64,000 nucleotides of DNA from Bacteroidales bacterium (GTDB lineage: Bacteria > Bacteroidota > Bacteroidia > Bacteroidales > GWA2-32-17), in the NCBI GenBank assembly GCA_013314715.1, contig JABUFC010000001.1, positions 100,511-164,510 of the forward strand, written 5' to 3'. Position numbers and translations under genes: made by a program. The notes below the pieces were generated by a model that had not been told where the DNA came from, ran no database searches, and saw only the letters and a list, made by a program, of their open reading frames with translations. Positions 48,042-58,296 of this stretch are shown here, piece after piece (positions within the stretch are counted from its first letter, which is position 1; each line of letters opens with the position of its first letter).

Positions 48042-50048
48042 TTATTTTTTGACAATCATAAATTCTGTACGGCGATTAAGTGAACGTCCGGCTTCGGTAT
48101 CGTTGGAGGCAACGGGTTTGGTCTCGCCAAAGCCTTTTGTAGCAGTGATGCGTTTGGGGTCTAAGCCATTTAAGATTAAATATTCGGCAACGGCTTTGGC
48201 TCTTTTTTCGGAAAGAATTAAGTTGCTGTTATCATCTCCTACATTGTCGGTATGTCCATGAATTTCAAAGCATACCGTTGGATTTTCGTTGAGGAATTCG
48301 AGAAAATTGTCCAATACCACTAAACTCGATTTTTCGAAAACTGCTGAATTGCTAGCAAAGTATATGTTGTTAATTTTTACAGTTTTACCTTCTTCAATGG
48401 GTTTTACTTCAAAGTTTACTTCAACGGGTTTATCTCTTTTGAGTTCATCGGCTTTTATGTAATTGGATGTAAAGGCATAGTCTTTTTTCTTAACCATCAA
48501 AATAAAATCGTCATTCGGTTTTTCAACGGGAATAACTACGGCATATTTACCGGTTAATTTATCGACCATTGCTTCGCTGGTTCGTTGTTCAGTAACATTT
48601 TTTATTACGACTTTAGCATCTTCGAGTGGATTACCTTCTTCGTCTTTTACCTGACCTTTATAGAAAACCACTTCGGTAGGACGAGCTTCGTTGTACAAGT
48701 CGAACGAATAAATATCATATCCTTTGGAATCGTTGAGTTTATTGGAAGAAAAGTATGCTTTTTTGCCATTAGTGCTGACAATAAAACCTATTTCGTCGTT
48801 TTCGGTATTGATAGGGTAGCCAATATTTTTAGGTTCTGACCATTTCCCATTGGGAAGCATTTTAGAGTAATAGATGTCGTATCCACCAACTCCGTAATGC
48901 CCATCCGATGAAAAATAGAGTGTTTTGGAGTCGCTATGAATATAAGGGCTTTTTTCGTTCCCGGGTGTGTTTATAATAGGTCCTAAATTTTTGGCAGGTA
49001 GCCAATTACCATTAGCATCTTGTTGAGACATCCATATATCGCTGGTTTGTGTTTCAGGGTTATCTAATTCAAAGCCAATATTGCCCGGACGGATGCTTGC
49101 AAAAAAGAGCATTTTACCGTCAGATGATATTGAAGGTTGACTTTCCCACGAACGACGTCCATTTATAGAAGCACCTAAATTGCGTAATTGACTCCAGCTA
49201 CCGTCTTCGTAATCAGAAACCCAAATATCGCAATTGGGACCTTCGCAAATAGTAACATAAAGGTGGTTGTTGTCGATGGTGATGCTAACAGCTCCTTGGT
49301 TGTTGTTGGTATTTTGATTAAATGGTGCAGGCATGGGTTGGTTTGCCGAAAAAACTTCTTTGTTTTTGTCGCGAGTGGCTACTGTAAAAACATCGAATTT
49401 TTGAGTAGTACCAAGCTCGTTTACTTTATTTATGCGGTGGGTATAAAACATGAGTTCATCGTCGGGGCTTATGAGTGGCAGAAATTCATCATCGGGTCCG
49501 CTTACACCTTCTACTTTAATAGGATTAAAGGGAACTGGATGATTGATAAGGTCTAAATATACATCGATATGTTTCTTCATGTTTTGGGCTTCGGTTATTT
49601 GAGGAGAATTTTTGGCATTTGCTATAAATTTTTCGAGGTAAGGCTTAGCTTTATCGTATTTTTTTTCGTGGTAATAATAATATGCCGCTTCATAGCAGGC
49701 ACGATAGTTGTCAATCGATGGGCACGCATCGGCAGCTTTAACATAATAATTGATAGCATTGTTTTTGTATTGGAGAGCAGAGTTACCATTTGTGGCTTGA
49801 TTGCTTCGTTGCACATTAACATCGGCTAATATAAGATAGGCTTTGGCAAAGTTAGGGTCTTCGCGAACTGCTTCGGTCAATAGTTTATAGGCAAGCTCCG
49901 GATTCCTTTTTTGATAAGCTTCTTGCGATTGTTCAAAAAGCTTTTGGGCTTTTTTTTCGGGTTCGGGGCATTCTTGCGAAAAGCTTTTAAGCGTGCAAAG
50001 CAATGATATTACTACAACAATATTTGCAAGTTTTATTTTTTTTATCAT
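48042..50048 (-). CDS. OmpA-family protein with TPR and TolB-like (PD40) repeats
   Basis: 668 aa. A signal peptide and TPR-like N-terminus precede repeated WS.P.N(L/I)G..IN...E..P PD40-like units. The C-terminal OmpA domain is HGHTDNVGDDNSNLILSEKRAKAV...NRRTEF. Confidence 0.88.
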   Translation of the reverse strand: MIKKIKLANIVVVISLLCTLKSFSQECPEPEKKAQKLFEQSQEAYQKRNPELAYKLLTEAVREDPNFAKAYLILADVNVQRSNQATNGNSALQYKNNAINYYVKAADACPSIDNYRACYEAAYYYYHEKKYDKAKPYLEKFIANAKNSPQITEAQNMKKHIDVYLDLINHPVPFNPIKVEGVSGPDDEFLPLISPDDELMFYTHRINKVNELGTTQKFDVFTVATRDKNKEVFSANQPMPAPFNQNTNNNQGAVSITIDNNHLYVTICEGPNCDIWVSDYEDGSWSQLRNLGASINGRRSWESQPSISSDGKMLFFASIRPGNIGFELDNPETQTSDIWMSQQDANGNWLPAKNLGPIINTPGNEKSPYIHSDSKTLYFSSDGHYGVGGYDIYYSKMLPNGKWSEPKNIGYPINTENDEIGFIVSTNGKKAYFSSNKLNDSKGYDIYSFDLYNEARPTEVVFYKGQVKDEEGNPLEDAKVVIKNVTEQRTSEAMVDKLTGKYAVVIPVEKPNDDFILMVKKKDYAFTSNYIKADELKRDKPVEVNFEVKPIEEGKTVKINNIYFASNSAVFEKSSLVVLDNFLEFLNENPTVCFEIHGHTDNVGDDNSNLILSEKRAKAVAEYLILNGLDPKRITATKGFGETKPVASNDTEAGRSLNRRTEFMIVKK

Positions 50049-50050
50049 TT

Positions 50051-52921
50051 TTATTTCTTTTTTGCTTCTTCAATCAGCTTGTCGCCTTTTTGTTTAGCTT
50101 CGTTTCTGATTTTGTCGGCTTCGGCTTTTGCTTGATTTACTTTGTTTTGCGATTCTTGTTGTGCTTTGGTTTCTATGTCCGAAGCTTTTTTGTCGGTTTC
50201 TTTGCGTATTTTATCTGCCGATTCTTTGGCTATTTTTTTAGCAATGGGACCTTTGCCTTCAGCTTCTTTTTCCAATTGTGCAGCTTTATCGTAGCCTTCT
50301 TTGCGAACTTGATCGGCAGTTGTTTTAGCTGTTTGAGTTATTTGATTGGCTGCATTTTGAGCTGCATTAACTAACTGAGTTGCTTTGGCATCGGCTTCTT
50401 TATATAATTTGTCGGCTTGTTCTTGAGCCTTACGAATTGCTTCGGCTTTAGCTTTATCTACTTCTTCGTTGATTTTTTGTGTAACTGCTTCTTTGACTGT
50501 TTCTACAGTATTTTGTGCCATGTCTTTTAAATTGAGTTTTATTTCGGGTTTGGTTAGGGTGCCGCCAATAAGACCTTTAACGGGAATTATATCGGGAGTT
50601 TTCAGATTTACGCCGTTTTGCTTTGCTAAACCCATCCATTGCCCAATAATTTCGTTGGCTTGACTGCCAAGTGCTTGTTTGGGAACGTTCATGAGCATAT
50701 TGTAATGAAGTGTTTGGTCGAGGTTTTGGCTACCACTAAATTCAACAGGAATATTGCCCATTTTGGTTTTTACAGGTTCTATGGTAATATTGCCTTTTTC
50801 TATCTTGAATTGGATATTTAGGTTATCTAAGGTGAATTTTTCGTATTGTTTATTTTTCAAAAATTCAGCTATTTTTTGTCCTAAATCGCTGTTTTCAACC
50901 GTGATGTTTTTGGTACTTAATGTTCCTTCGGCATCTACGGTGTTCAGCATCGGATCCATAGTTTTGCTCATATTCAGGTGCATATCAATTCCCATAGATA
51001 CTTTTCCCGAACATTTTTCGGCTATGGGAACCATCTTTTTAACGATGGTAAATGTGTTGTAGGTTTGTTTAATATCAATGTTGTCAATCTTTAGATTCAT
51101 TTTAACATCGGGAAGAACATCGGTATAAGCATATTGGGCTGACATAGCCATAGAACCATCTAAGGTGTTGAATTTTAGATTTTCTAAGTTTAAGATACCT
51201 TCTTTCATGGTTATTTTACCAAGTGTTTGGGCGAGTTCTAAATTATCATAGAGCAATTGTTGGATAGTGGCTTGAAATGCAAAATCGATGTTTTTAGGAA
51301 TAGAAGGAGCTTCTAATGCGGCAGTGTCGGCGGGCGTGGGAGTGGAAGTCGGAGCTTCGTCTGAACTTAAAAACTGATTGATGTTTAATGTTTTTGAATT
51401 GAGTTCAAACGAGCCTTTTAAAAGTTGGTCTTTGAATAAGTAAGCCATAAAGTTTTCGATTTTGCCTTTTAAATTTATGTCGCTTTGACCGATTTGCATT
51501 TGAAGGTTTTTCAAGTCGAAATATTTAGGCGATACTTCTGTTTGCATATCGGGTATAGCAACGGTATAGGGTAAATCGCTTGCTTTGTATTCAAAGTTTT
51601 GGAGTTTAAGGTAACCAAGTGCTTTAATGTCTTCGTATTTTTCGGCTTCTACTTGTGCCATATTGGTCTGGTATTCTATATCTATATCGGCAATTCCTTT
51701 CATGGTAACTCCTTGCATGGGGTAGAAGTTTTGAACCTGAGCTAAATCGAGTTTCCCCTTGATTGTTCCTTTTAAGTTGGCGTTTGATATGGGAGTGGAA
51801 ACATAGAGAACTGCATCGAACGGATTGTTTGCCATATTCATATGGAATTTTTTCAAATCAATAATGGTGTGATCGGGGTTGCCATCTTTGTTGTCAACCG
51901 AGAGTTTAATGTTAATATCGTTTACCGAAGCAGGAAGGCTTGGATATTTAAAGCTTCCGTTGTCAACTTGTAAGTTTAAGTTGAAGCCGGGCATAAGGCT
52001 ATCGTTGTATATACCTTTAACTTTTCCGTCGAATTTAACATTTCCGGTTGTTTTTACTTCTTTGAAATCTTGTAAATAAATAGCAGGAACCAACGATAAT
52101 AGGGTTTTGAAATCGGTCTTTTCGGCAGCATAACGAATGTCGATGTCGATATCGTCTTTGGGCATGGCAACTTTACCATCGATTAAGAGTTTAAAATCGT
52201 TGATCGACAGTTCGTTTTTAGAGAAAGTAAATACGAAATTAGCAAGATCGGCATCTATTTCTGAAACAATTTTTACAACTGCTTTTTTTAAGTAGCTTAT
52301 TCCATCGAAAGTAAAGTAAGAAGAGTCTATACTTGTTTCGGTTTTAAGTGTGGTGCGTTCATCGGTTAAATCGCCTTTGAGAAGAAAATGGAGATTTTGT
52401 GCAACAAACTTCATATTCATCGATTCGTCGTTGTAATTGATATTGGCTTCGTTTAACTCAACCTTTTTTAATGCTAAAGCAAAATGCGAGGTGGTGGTAT
52501 CTTCGGTTTGTGTTGTATCGGTTGTTTCTTTAGCGATATCCCAGTTGGCTTTGCCATTTTTTAGTACAAGCAGATTTAACAAAGGTTGGTTAAGCACTAT
52601 GCTTTTTATTTTAATTTGATCGCCAAAAACACTTATAAGGTCGAGCGAGGCGGTAAACTCGGGAAAATATGCCAGTGTGTCGCCTTCAAACTCGTTGGTG
52701 CCGACAACCGAAAGTTGATCAAGCTCAATGTATAAATTTGGAAATGTTTTGAAAATACCTATGCTGTAGTCTTTGAAATCTACTTTTGCATTTAAGTTGT
52801 TGTTTATTTCGTCTTTTACAAACTGAAGAATCTTATCCTTAAATATAAAGGGTAATACTATTATTAAAATAAGAAAAATCAGAAAACTGATTCCGCTGAT
52901 TTTTAAGATTTTCTTTAACAT
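50051..52921 (-). CDS. AsmA-family protein with a Lys/Ala/Glu-rich C-terminal tail
   Basis: 956 aa with an N-terminal anchor (ISGISFLIFLILIIVLPFIF) and a long beta-rich AsmA-like body. The last 150 aa or so are low-complexity helical repeats (KAEAIRKAQEQADKLYKEADAKA...). Confidence 0.8.
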   Translation of the reverse strand: MLKKILKISGISFLIFLILIIVLPFIFKDKILQFVKDEINNNLNAKVDFKDYSIGIFKTFPNLYIELDQLSVVGTNEFEGDTLAYFPEFTASLDLISVFGDQIKIKSIVLNQPLLNLLVLKNGKANWDIAKETTDTTQTEDTTTSHFALALKKVELNEANINYNDESMNMKFVAQNLHFLLKGDLTDERTTLKTETSIDSSYFTFDGISYLKKAVVKIVSEIDADLANFVFTFSKNELSINDFKLLIDGKVAMPKDDIDIDIRYAAEKTDFKTLLSLVPAIYLQDFKEVKTTGNVKFDGKVKGIYNDSLMPGFNLNLQVDNGSFKYPSLPASVNDINIKLSVDNKDGNPDHTIIDLKKFHMNMANNPFDAVLYVSTPISNANLKGTIKGKLDLAQVQNFYPMQGVTMKGIADIDIEYQTNMAQVEAEKYEDIKALGYLKLQNFEYKASDLPYTVAIPDMQTEVSPKYFDLKNLQMQIGQSDINLKGKIENFMAYLFKDQLLKGSFELNSKTLNINQFLSSDEAPTSTPTPADTAALEAPSIPKNIDFAFQATIQQLLYDNLELAQTLGKITMKEGILNLENLKFNTLDGSMAMSAQYAYTDVLPDVKMNLKIDNIDIKQTYNTFTIVKKMVPIAEKCSGKVSMGIDMHLNMSKTMDPMLNTVDAEGTLSTKNITVENSDLGQKIAEFLKNKQYEKFTLDNLNIQFKIEKGNITIEPVKTKMGNIPVEFSGSQNLDQTLHYNMLMNVPKQALGSQANEIIGQWMGLAKQNGVNLKTPDIIPVKGLIGGTLTKPEIKLNLKDMAQNTVETVKEAVTQKINEEVDKAKAEAIRKAQEQADKLYKEADAKATQLVNAAQNAANQITQTAKTTADQVRKEGYDKAAQLEKEAEGKGPIAKKIAKESADKIRKETDKKASDIETKAQQESQNKVNQAKAEADKIRNEAKQKGDKLIEEAKKK

Positions 52922-53231
52922 AAGTCTCTGTTTATTTTTAAAGCGTAAAATTAACGAAAAAAATATGATTTTAGTTGGTGGGCTTGTTTAAATAATTTAA
53001 AAACTATGAGAAAATTTTCAACTTTAGTATGTAAAAATATTTGCTTGTTTATCGAAAATACACTCCTATAATACATTTGAAAATTGATTAAGTCTATATA
53101 GTATGTTAATGTAATGTATTGATAAACAAATATATGTTATATTAAATATGTAGTGTTGATATGGTTTTTAAAAAGTTTCTAATCTTTTTTCAGTTTTTTT
53201 TCATACCTTTAAGGCTACTAAAAAAAATGCT

Positions 53232-53681
53232 ATGATATTGAAAATTGGCGATAAGGCACCTCATTTCGAGGGTATTGACCAAAATGGACAAACTATAACA
53301 CTCGAACAATTTAAAGGCAAAAAACTAGTATTGTATTTTTATCCTAAAGATAATACACCGGGATGTACAGCCGAAGCCTGTAACCTTCGCGATAATTACA
53401 AAACATTTTTAGCCCAAGGTTATGCAGTTATTGGTGTAAGTGCCGATAGCATAAAATCGCATCTAAATTTTGCTCAGAAATACCAATTACCTTTTCCGCT
53501 TATTTCAGATCCCGATAAAAAAATATTAACAGCTTATCAAGCTTATGGCGAAAAGAAAATGTATGGTAAAGTAGTAATGGGTACTATTCGCAAAACATAC
53601 ATTATTGACGAAAATGGTATTATACAAGACATTATTGAAAAAGTAGATACTAAAAATCATTCTGAACAAATATTAAAATAA
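53232..53681 (+). CDS. bcp: thioredoxin-dependent thiol peroxidase (Bcp/PrxQ)
   Basis: 149 aa with [17 protein letters not shown], the peroxidatic Cys motif. Confidence 0.93.
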   Translation: MILKIGDKAPHFEGIDQNGQTITLEQFKGKKLVLYFYPKDNTPGCTAEACNLRDNYKTFLAQGYAVIGVSADSIKSHLNFAQKYQLPFPLISDPDKKILTAYQAYGEKKMYGKVVMGTIRKTYIIDENGIIQDIIEKVDTKNHSEQILK

Positions 53682-53688
53682 ACATATT

Positions 53689-54711
53689 ATGGAAAAAAAA
53701 GAAAAGCAAGAAAAACAAGAGAACTTAAAAGAAAAATTAAAAGCGTTACAGGCTACACTCGATAAAATTGAAAAAGATTATGGCAAAGGCTCTATTATGA
53801 AATTAGGTGATGAGAGCTTTGTTGCTGTCGATGTAATTCCTACAGGTAGCATTGGACTCGATGCCGCTTTAGGTATAGGTGGATATCCGAAGGGAAGAGT
53901 TGTTGAAATTTTTGGACCCGAATCATCTGGGAAAACTACCTTAGCCATTCATGCCATTGCTGAAGCCCAAAAATTGGGTGGCATAGCTGCTTATATTGAT
54001 GCCGAACATGCTTTTGACCGAACTTATGCCGAAAAATTAGGCGTCGATTTAGATAATCTTTATATATCGCAGCCCGATAATGGTGAACAAGCTCTCGAAA
54101 TAGCCGATAGCCTTATTCGAAGTGGTGCTATCGATATTATTGTAATAGATTCGGTTGCAGCACTTACACCCAAAGCTGAAATTGAAGGCGATATGGGCGA
54201 TAGCAAAATGGGACTTCAGGCTCGTTTAATGTCGCAAGCATTGCGTAAATTAACCGCCAATATTAGCAAAACCAATACATGTTGCATTTTTATCAATCAA
54301 TTACGCGATAAAATTGGCGTTATGTTTGGTAATCCCGAAACTACTACAGGTGGAAATGCTCTTAAATTTTATGCTTCTGTTCGTTTAGATATTCGTAAAA
54401 TTAGCCAATTAAAAGAAGGCGAAGATGCTACGGGTAACCGTGTAAAAGTAAAAGTTGTTAAAAACAAAGTAGCTCCTCCATTTAAAAAAGCTGAGTTTGA
54501 TATTATTTTTGGCGAAGGAATATCGCGTATCGGCGAAATAATCGACATCGGTGTTGAAAATAATATCATTAAGAAAAGTGGCTCATGGTTCTCGTATAAC
54601 GATATTAAACTAGGTCAGGGACGTGATGCGGTTAAGCAGATTTTAACCGACAATACAGAATTAATGAACGAAATATCGGCTAAGATTAAAGAAATACTTA
54701 CTGCCAAATAG
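53689..54711 (+). CDS. recA: recombinase RecA
   Basis: 340 aa with Walker [10 protein letters not shown], the [10 protein letters not shown] segment and [28 protein letters not shown]. Confidence 0.98.
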   Translation: MEKKEKQEKQENLKEKLKALQATLDKIEKDYGKGSIMKLGDESFVAVDVIPTGSIGLDAALGIGGYPKGRVVEIFGPESSGKTTLAIHAIAEAQKLGGIAAYIDAEHAFDRTYAEKLGVDLDNLYISQPDNGEQALEIADSLIRSGAIDIIVIDSVAALTPKAEIEGDMGDSKMGLQARLMSQALRKLTANISKTNTCCIFINQLRDKIGVMFGNPETTTGGNALKFYASVRLDIRKISQLKEGEDATGNRVKVKVVKNKVAPPFKKAEFDIIFGEGISRIGEIIDIGVENNIIKKSGSWFSYNDIKLGQGRDAVKQILTDNTELMNEISAKIKEILTAK

Positions 54712-54734
54712 AACTTTTTTCAATTTATTAACGA

Positions 54735-55760
54735 ATGCGTAAAACTCAAAAAATGAGGGAAATAATTTATTTTCTTTTGATAAATCTATTAGTGTGGGAA
54801 TGTACAAACAATGGTAATAAGTCTATTGACAAAAGCAATAAAGATACTCTAGGACTTATTGAGATATCACAGAAAATTCGCAAAAACCCTTTAAATGCTG
54901 AGTTATTTAACAAGCGAGCAGGTATTTATTGGCAATTACAACTTACCGATAGTGCCATAAACGATGCTAATATTGCATTGCGTTTAGATTCGATGAACGA
55001 TGATTATGCCTTACAACTTGCTGAATATTATTTTAAGTCACTCAAAATTAACGAAGCAAGTGCTGTATTGCAAAATTTTTTAAAACGTAAGCCCGAAAGT
55101 TTAAAAGTACTTACTCGTATAGGTAAATATTATAGTTATTTAAAAGATTATAAAAAAGCTAAAGAATATATTGACAAAGCTTTGACTATTGACCCTCAAT
55201 ATGCCGATGCACATTTTATTAAAGGAGTTATACTTACTGAAACAAACCAGCCCAAAGAAGCTATTAAAGCGTTTATGGATGTTATTCAATTTAACCCCGA
55301 TGATGCAGAAGCATATATGATGTTAGGCTTGTTAAATCAAGAACTTAACGATTCAATTGCATTGCAATATTACAGAACTGTTACTCGAATGCGTCCTAAC
55401 GATCCCCAAGCATATTATAACATTGGTTTTTATTATCAAGAAAATAAAAATTATACAAAAGCACTCGAAACATATAATTATATTTTAAGGAACATTGATA
55501 AAAAATATTCTAATGCCTTTTTCAATCAAGGTTATATTTACATGATGTACTTAAAAGATTATGGTAAGGCAATGGCATACTTCGATTCTGTTATGCAATT
55601 GGAACCCAACAGGGTAGAAGCTGTATATAATAAAGGCTATTGTTATGAGTCGATTCACGATTATACTTCTGCACGTAGTATGTATATTAAAGCAAAATCA
55701 TTGGTTCCAAATTACGAATTAGCTGTTGAAGCTTTAAATCGATTAGATCAAAAAAAATAA
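54735..55760 (+). CDS. tetratricopeptide (TPR) repeat protein
   Basis: 341 aa with repeated 34-residue A..Y...G.......A...(F/Y)..A(L/I)..(D/N)P patterns. The true start may be the ATG at 54753. Confidence 0.8.
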   Translation: MRKTQKMREIIYFLLINLLVWECTNNGNKSIDKSNKDTLGLIEISQKIRKNPLNAELFNKRAGIYWQLQLTDSAINDANIALRLDSMNDDYALQLAEYYFKSLKINEASAVLQNFLKRKPESLKVLTRIGKYYSYLKDYKKAKEYIDKALTIDPQYADAHFIKGVILTETNQPKEAIKAFMDVIQFNPDDAEAYMMLGLLNQELNDSIALQYYRTVTRMRPNDPQAYYNIGFYYQENKNYTKALETYNYILRNIDKKYSNAFFNQGYIYMMYLKDYGKAMAYFDSVMQLEPNRVEAVYNKGYCYESIHDYTSARSMYIKAKSLVPNYELAVEALNRLDQKK

Positions 55761-55770
55761 TAAAAAAGTT

Positions 55771-57891
55771 ATGAAAGCAGCATTATTTTTCTGTAGTTTA
55801 TTATTAATGAGTTGGAGTTGTAACAAGCCTCAACCTTCAGAAGAAAAGTCATCTTCAACACAGGTGAATCTTTTTGATTCGTTGGCAAATCAAACGATCA
55901 ACGAAACGAAGGTAACCCCAGAATTATTATGGAAATTTGGTCGTATTGGCGAATTTGATATATCGCCCGATGGCCAATGGGTAGTATATTCGGTAACACG
56001 CTATTCTATAGCGGCTAATAAAGGTTTTACCGATTTATTCGTTACAAATATAAATGGCGGTGAATCAAAACATCTAACTACTTTTGTCGGCAGTGAAATG
56101 AATCCTCGTTGGCGTCCCGATGGCAAAAAAATCGGTTTTATTGCAACTGAAAGCGGAAGCCCTCAAATGTGGGAAATTAACCCAGATGGTAGCGATGCAA
56201 AGCAAATATCAAATATTGCCGATGGTATCAATTCATTTGAATATAGCCCTAAAGGAGATAAAATTTACTATACCAAAGACGTCCAAATTAAGCCAACTTT
56301 ACAAGAAATGTATCCCGACCTACCCAAAGCAAACGTATATATCGCGAATGAATTGATGTATAGGCATTGGGATCATTGGGAGGATGGGGCCTATAGCCAC
56401 ATATTTATTGCAGATAGAGTGGGTGATAGCTTAACCAATATGGTAGATATTATGAAGGGTGAACCATATGATAGCCCATTGTCGCCATATTTTGAAGCAA
56501 ACGAAATATCGTGGAGTACCGATGGAAGTATGATTGCCTATACTTGTAAAAAACTTTCAGGTAAAGAATATGCAATTTCTACCAATAGTGATATTTATTT
56601 GTATAATTTGCAAACTAAAACTACTGTTAATTTGACCGAAGGAATGCCTGGTTATGATAAATATCCGGTTTTTTCACATAATGGTAAGTATTTAGCATGG
56701 ATGAGCATGGCAACACCAGGTTATGAATCGGATAAAATGCGATTATTTGTTTATAATTTTAATACAAAAGAGAAAAAAGAACTTACTATTCAATTTGACC
56801 AGAATGCTACTGAATATCAATGGTCTTCTGACGATAAACAAATTTATTTTATTTCAGATATAAGAGGTACAAAACAAATTTATGTAGTTAATTTAGAAAA
56901 TAGTTTTATTAAGCCCTTAACCTCGGGCATGCACGATATTACTGCCTTTAAGTTAGTAGCCAATACTTTAGTTGCGGCTAAAATGTCGCATCAAATGGCA
57001 ACCGAATTATATAAAGTAAAAACCGAAAACGGTGCTTTACAAGCTTTAACTCAAGTAAATAAAAATATTTACGATAAAGTAGCGATGGGTGAATCGCGTG
57101 AGCATTGGGTAAAAACAGTAGATGGAAAGCAAATGTTAGTTTGGTTAATTTATCCTCCTCATTTTGATTCTACTAAAAAGTACCCGGCTATTCTTTATTG
57201 TCAAGGTGGACCTCAAAGCATGGTAAGCCAATTTTTTAGCTATCGTTGGAATTTTCAAATTATGGCAGCCAACGATTATATTATTGTAGCTCCTAACCGT
57301 CGTGGTTTACCAGGGTTTGGACAAGAATGGAATGCACAAATTTCAGGCGATTATGGTGGTTTAAATATGCAGGATTATTTATCGGCTATCGACGATGCTA
57401 AAAAATTGCCTTATGTCGATGCTGAACATTTAGGATGTGTAGGTGCTAGTTATGGTGGATTTTCGGTATATTGGTTAGCCGGACATCATCAAAAACGCTT
57501 TAAAGCATTTATAGCTCATTGCGGTATGTTTAATCTCGAAAGTCAATATGCAGAAACTGAGGAAGTATTTTTTACTAATCATGATTTAGGTGGACCATTT
57601 TGGGACAAAAACAATAAAATAGCTCAAAAATCGTATGCGAATAGTCCACATCGATTTGTACAAAACTGGGATACACCTATTATGATTATTTCAGGCGAAA
57701 ACGATTTTAGAATTCCTTATACCGAAAGTTTGCAGGCTTTTAATACTGCACAATTACTTAATATACCAAGTAAATTATTAATCTTTCCCGAAGAGTCGCA
57801 TTTTGTTTTAAAACCACAAAATAGTATTTTGTGGCAACGCGAATTTTTTGCTTGGCTCGACCAATGGCTTAAACCTAAAACGGTTCAATAA
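55771..57891 (+). CDS. S9-family serine peptidase (prolyl oligopeptidase / acylaminoacyl-peptidase type)
   Basis: 706 aa with a signal peptide and an N-terminal beta-propeller. The C-terminal alpha/beta hydrolase domain has the nucleophile elbow GASYGG and the acid and His regions (GENDFRIP, EESHFV). Confidence 0.92.
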   Translation: MKAALFFCSLLLMSWSCNKPQPSEEKSSSTQVNLFDSLANQTINETKVTPELLWKFGRIGEFDISPDGQWVVYSVTRYSIAANKGFTDLFVTNINGGESKHLTTFVGSEMNPRWRPDGKKIGFIATESGSPQMWEINPDGSDAKQISNIADGINSFEYSPKGDKIYYTKDVQIKPTLQEMYPDLPKANVYIANELMYRHWDHWEDGAYSHIFIADRVGDSLTNMVDIMKGEPYDSPLSPYFEANEISWSTDGSMIAYTCKKLSGKEYAISTNSDIYLYNLQTKTTVNLTEGMPGYDKYPVFSHNGKYLAWMSMATPGYESDKMRLFVYNFNTKEKKELTIQFDQNATEYQWSSDDKQIYFISDIRGTKQIYVVNLENSFIKPLTSGMHDITAFKLVANTLVAAKMSHQMATELYKVKTENGALQALTQVNKNIYDKVAMGESREHWVKTVDGKQMLVWLIYPPHFDSTKKYPAILYCQGGPQSMVSQFFSYRWNFQIMAANDYIIVAPNRRGLPGFGQEWNAQISGDYGGLNMQDYLSAIDDAKKLPYVDAEHLGCVGASYGGFSVYWLAGHHQKRFKAFIAHCGMFNLESQYAETEEVFFTNHDLGGPFWDKNNKIAQKSYANSPHRFVQNWDTPIMIISGENDFRIPYTESLQAFNTAQLLNIPSKLLIFPEESHFVLKPQNSILWQREFFAWLDQWLKPKTVQ

Positions 57892-57900
57892 GGAGCAATA

Positions 57901-57935
57901 AAAAAGCCCCTTAATAGGGGCTTTTTTATTTTTTG
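57901..57935. terminator. bidirectional intrinsic terminator between convergent genes
   Basis: agcccc (57905-57910) pairs with ggggct (57917-57922). An A-run precedes it and T-runs follow. Confidence 0.75.
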
Positions 57936-57946
57936 CAAGTGCAAGA

Positions 57947-58186
57947 TTATTTTTTCTTACCACCTTTTTTAGCTTCAGCAGCAGCGATAGAATCAGCTTG
58001 AGCTTTAGCAATGCTGTCTAAACGAGCTTGTTCAGCTTGAGCTTTAGCAATAGAATCTTTCATTAAAGAATCTTTCTTTAAAGAATCTAAACGAGCTTGT
58101 TCAGCAGCTTGTTCTTCTGCACTTGGGCCGCAGGCTACGAATGACATCATACCTGCAATCATTAAAAGACCAAATAACTTTTTCAT
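57947..58186 (-). CDS. small repeat-containing lipoprotein
   Basis: 79 aa with lipobox SFVAC. Internal repeats are AEQARLDS(L/I) x2 and IAKAQA x2, and the tail is Lys-rich. Confidence 0.6.
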   Translation of the reverse strand: MKKLFGLLMIAGMMSFVACGPSAEEQAAEQARLDSLKKDSLMKDSIAKAQAEQARLDSIAKAQADSIAAAEAKKGGKKK

Positions 58187-58296
58187 AGGGTTTTAATTAT
58201 TTTTAAAATTAATCGATGCAAAAATATATAGCTTTTTGATACAGTGTACACTTTCTTTAAAAAAAAATAAAAAAAATATTAACCATTGATTGTTAA

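Noticed and set aside
50003-50374. 123-codon plus-strand ORF rich in Phe/Leu/Cys opposite the asmA tail.
   Set aside because: It is the mirror image of the Lys/Ala/Glu-rich repeat coding sequence, which makes it a classic antisense artefact.
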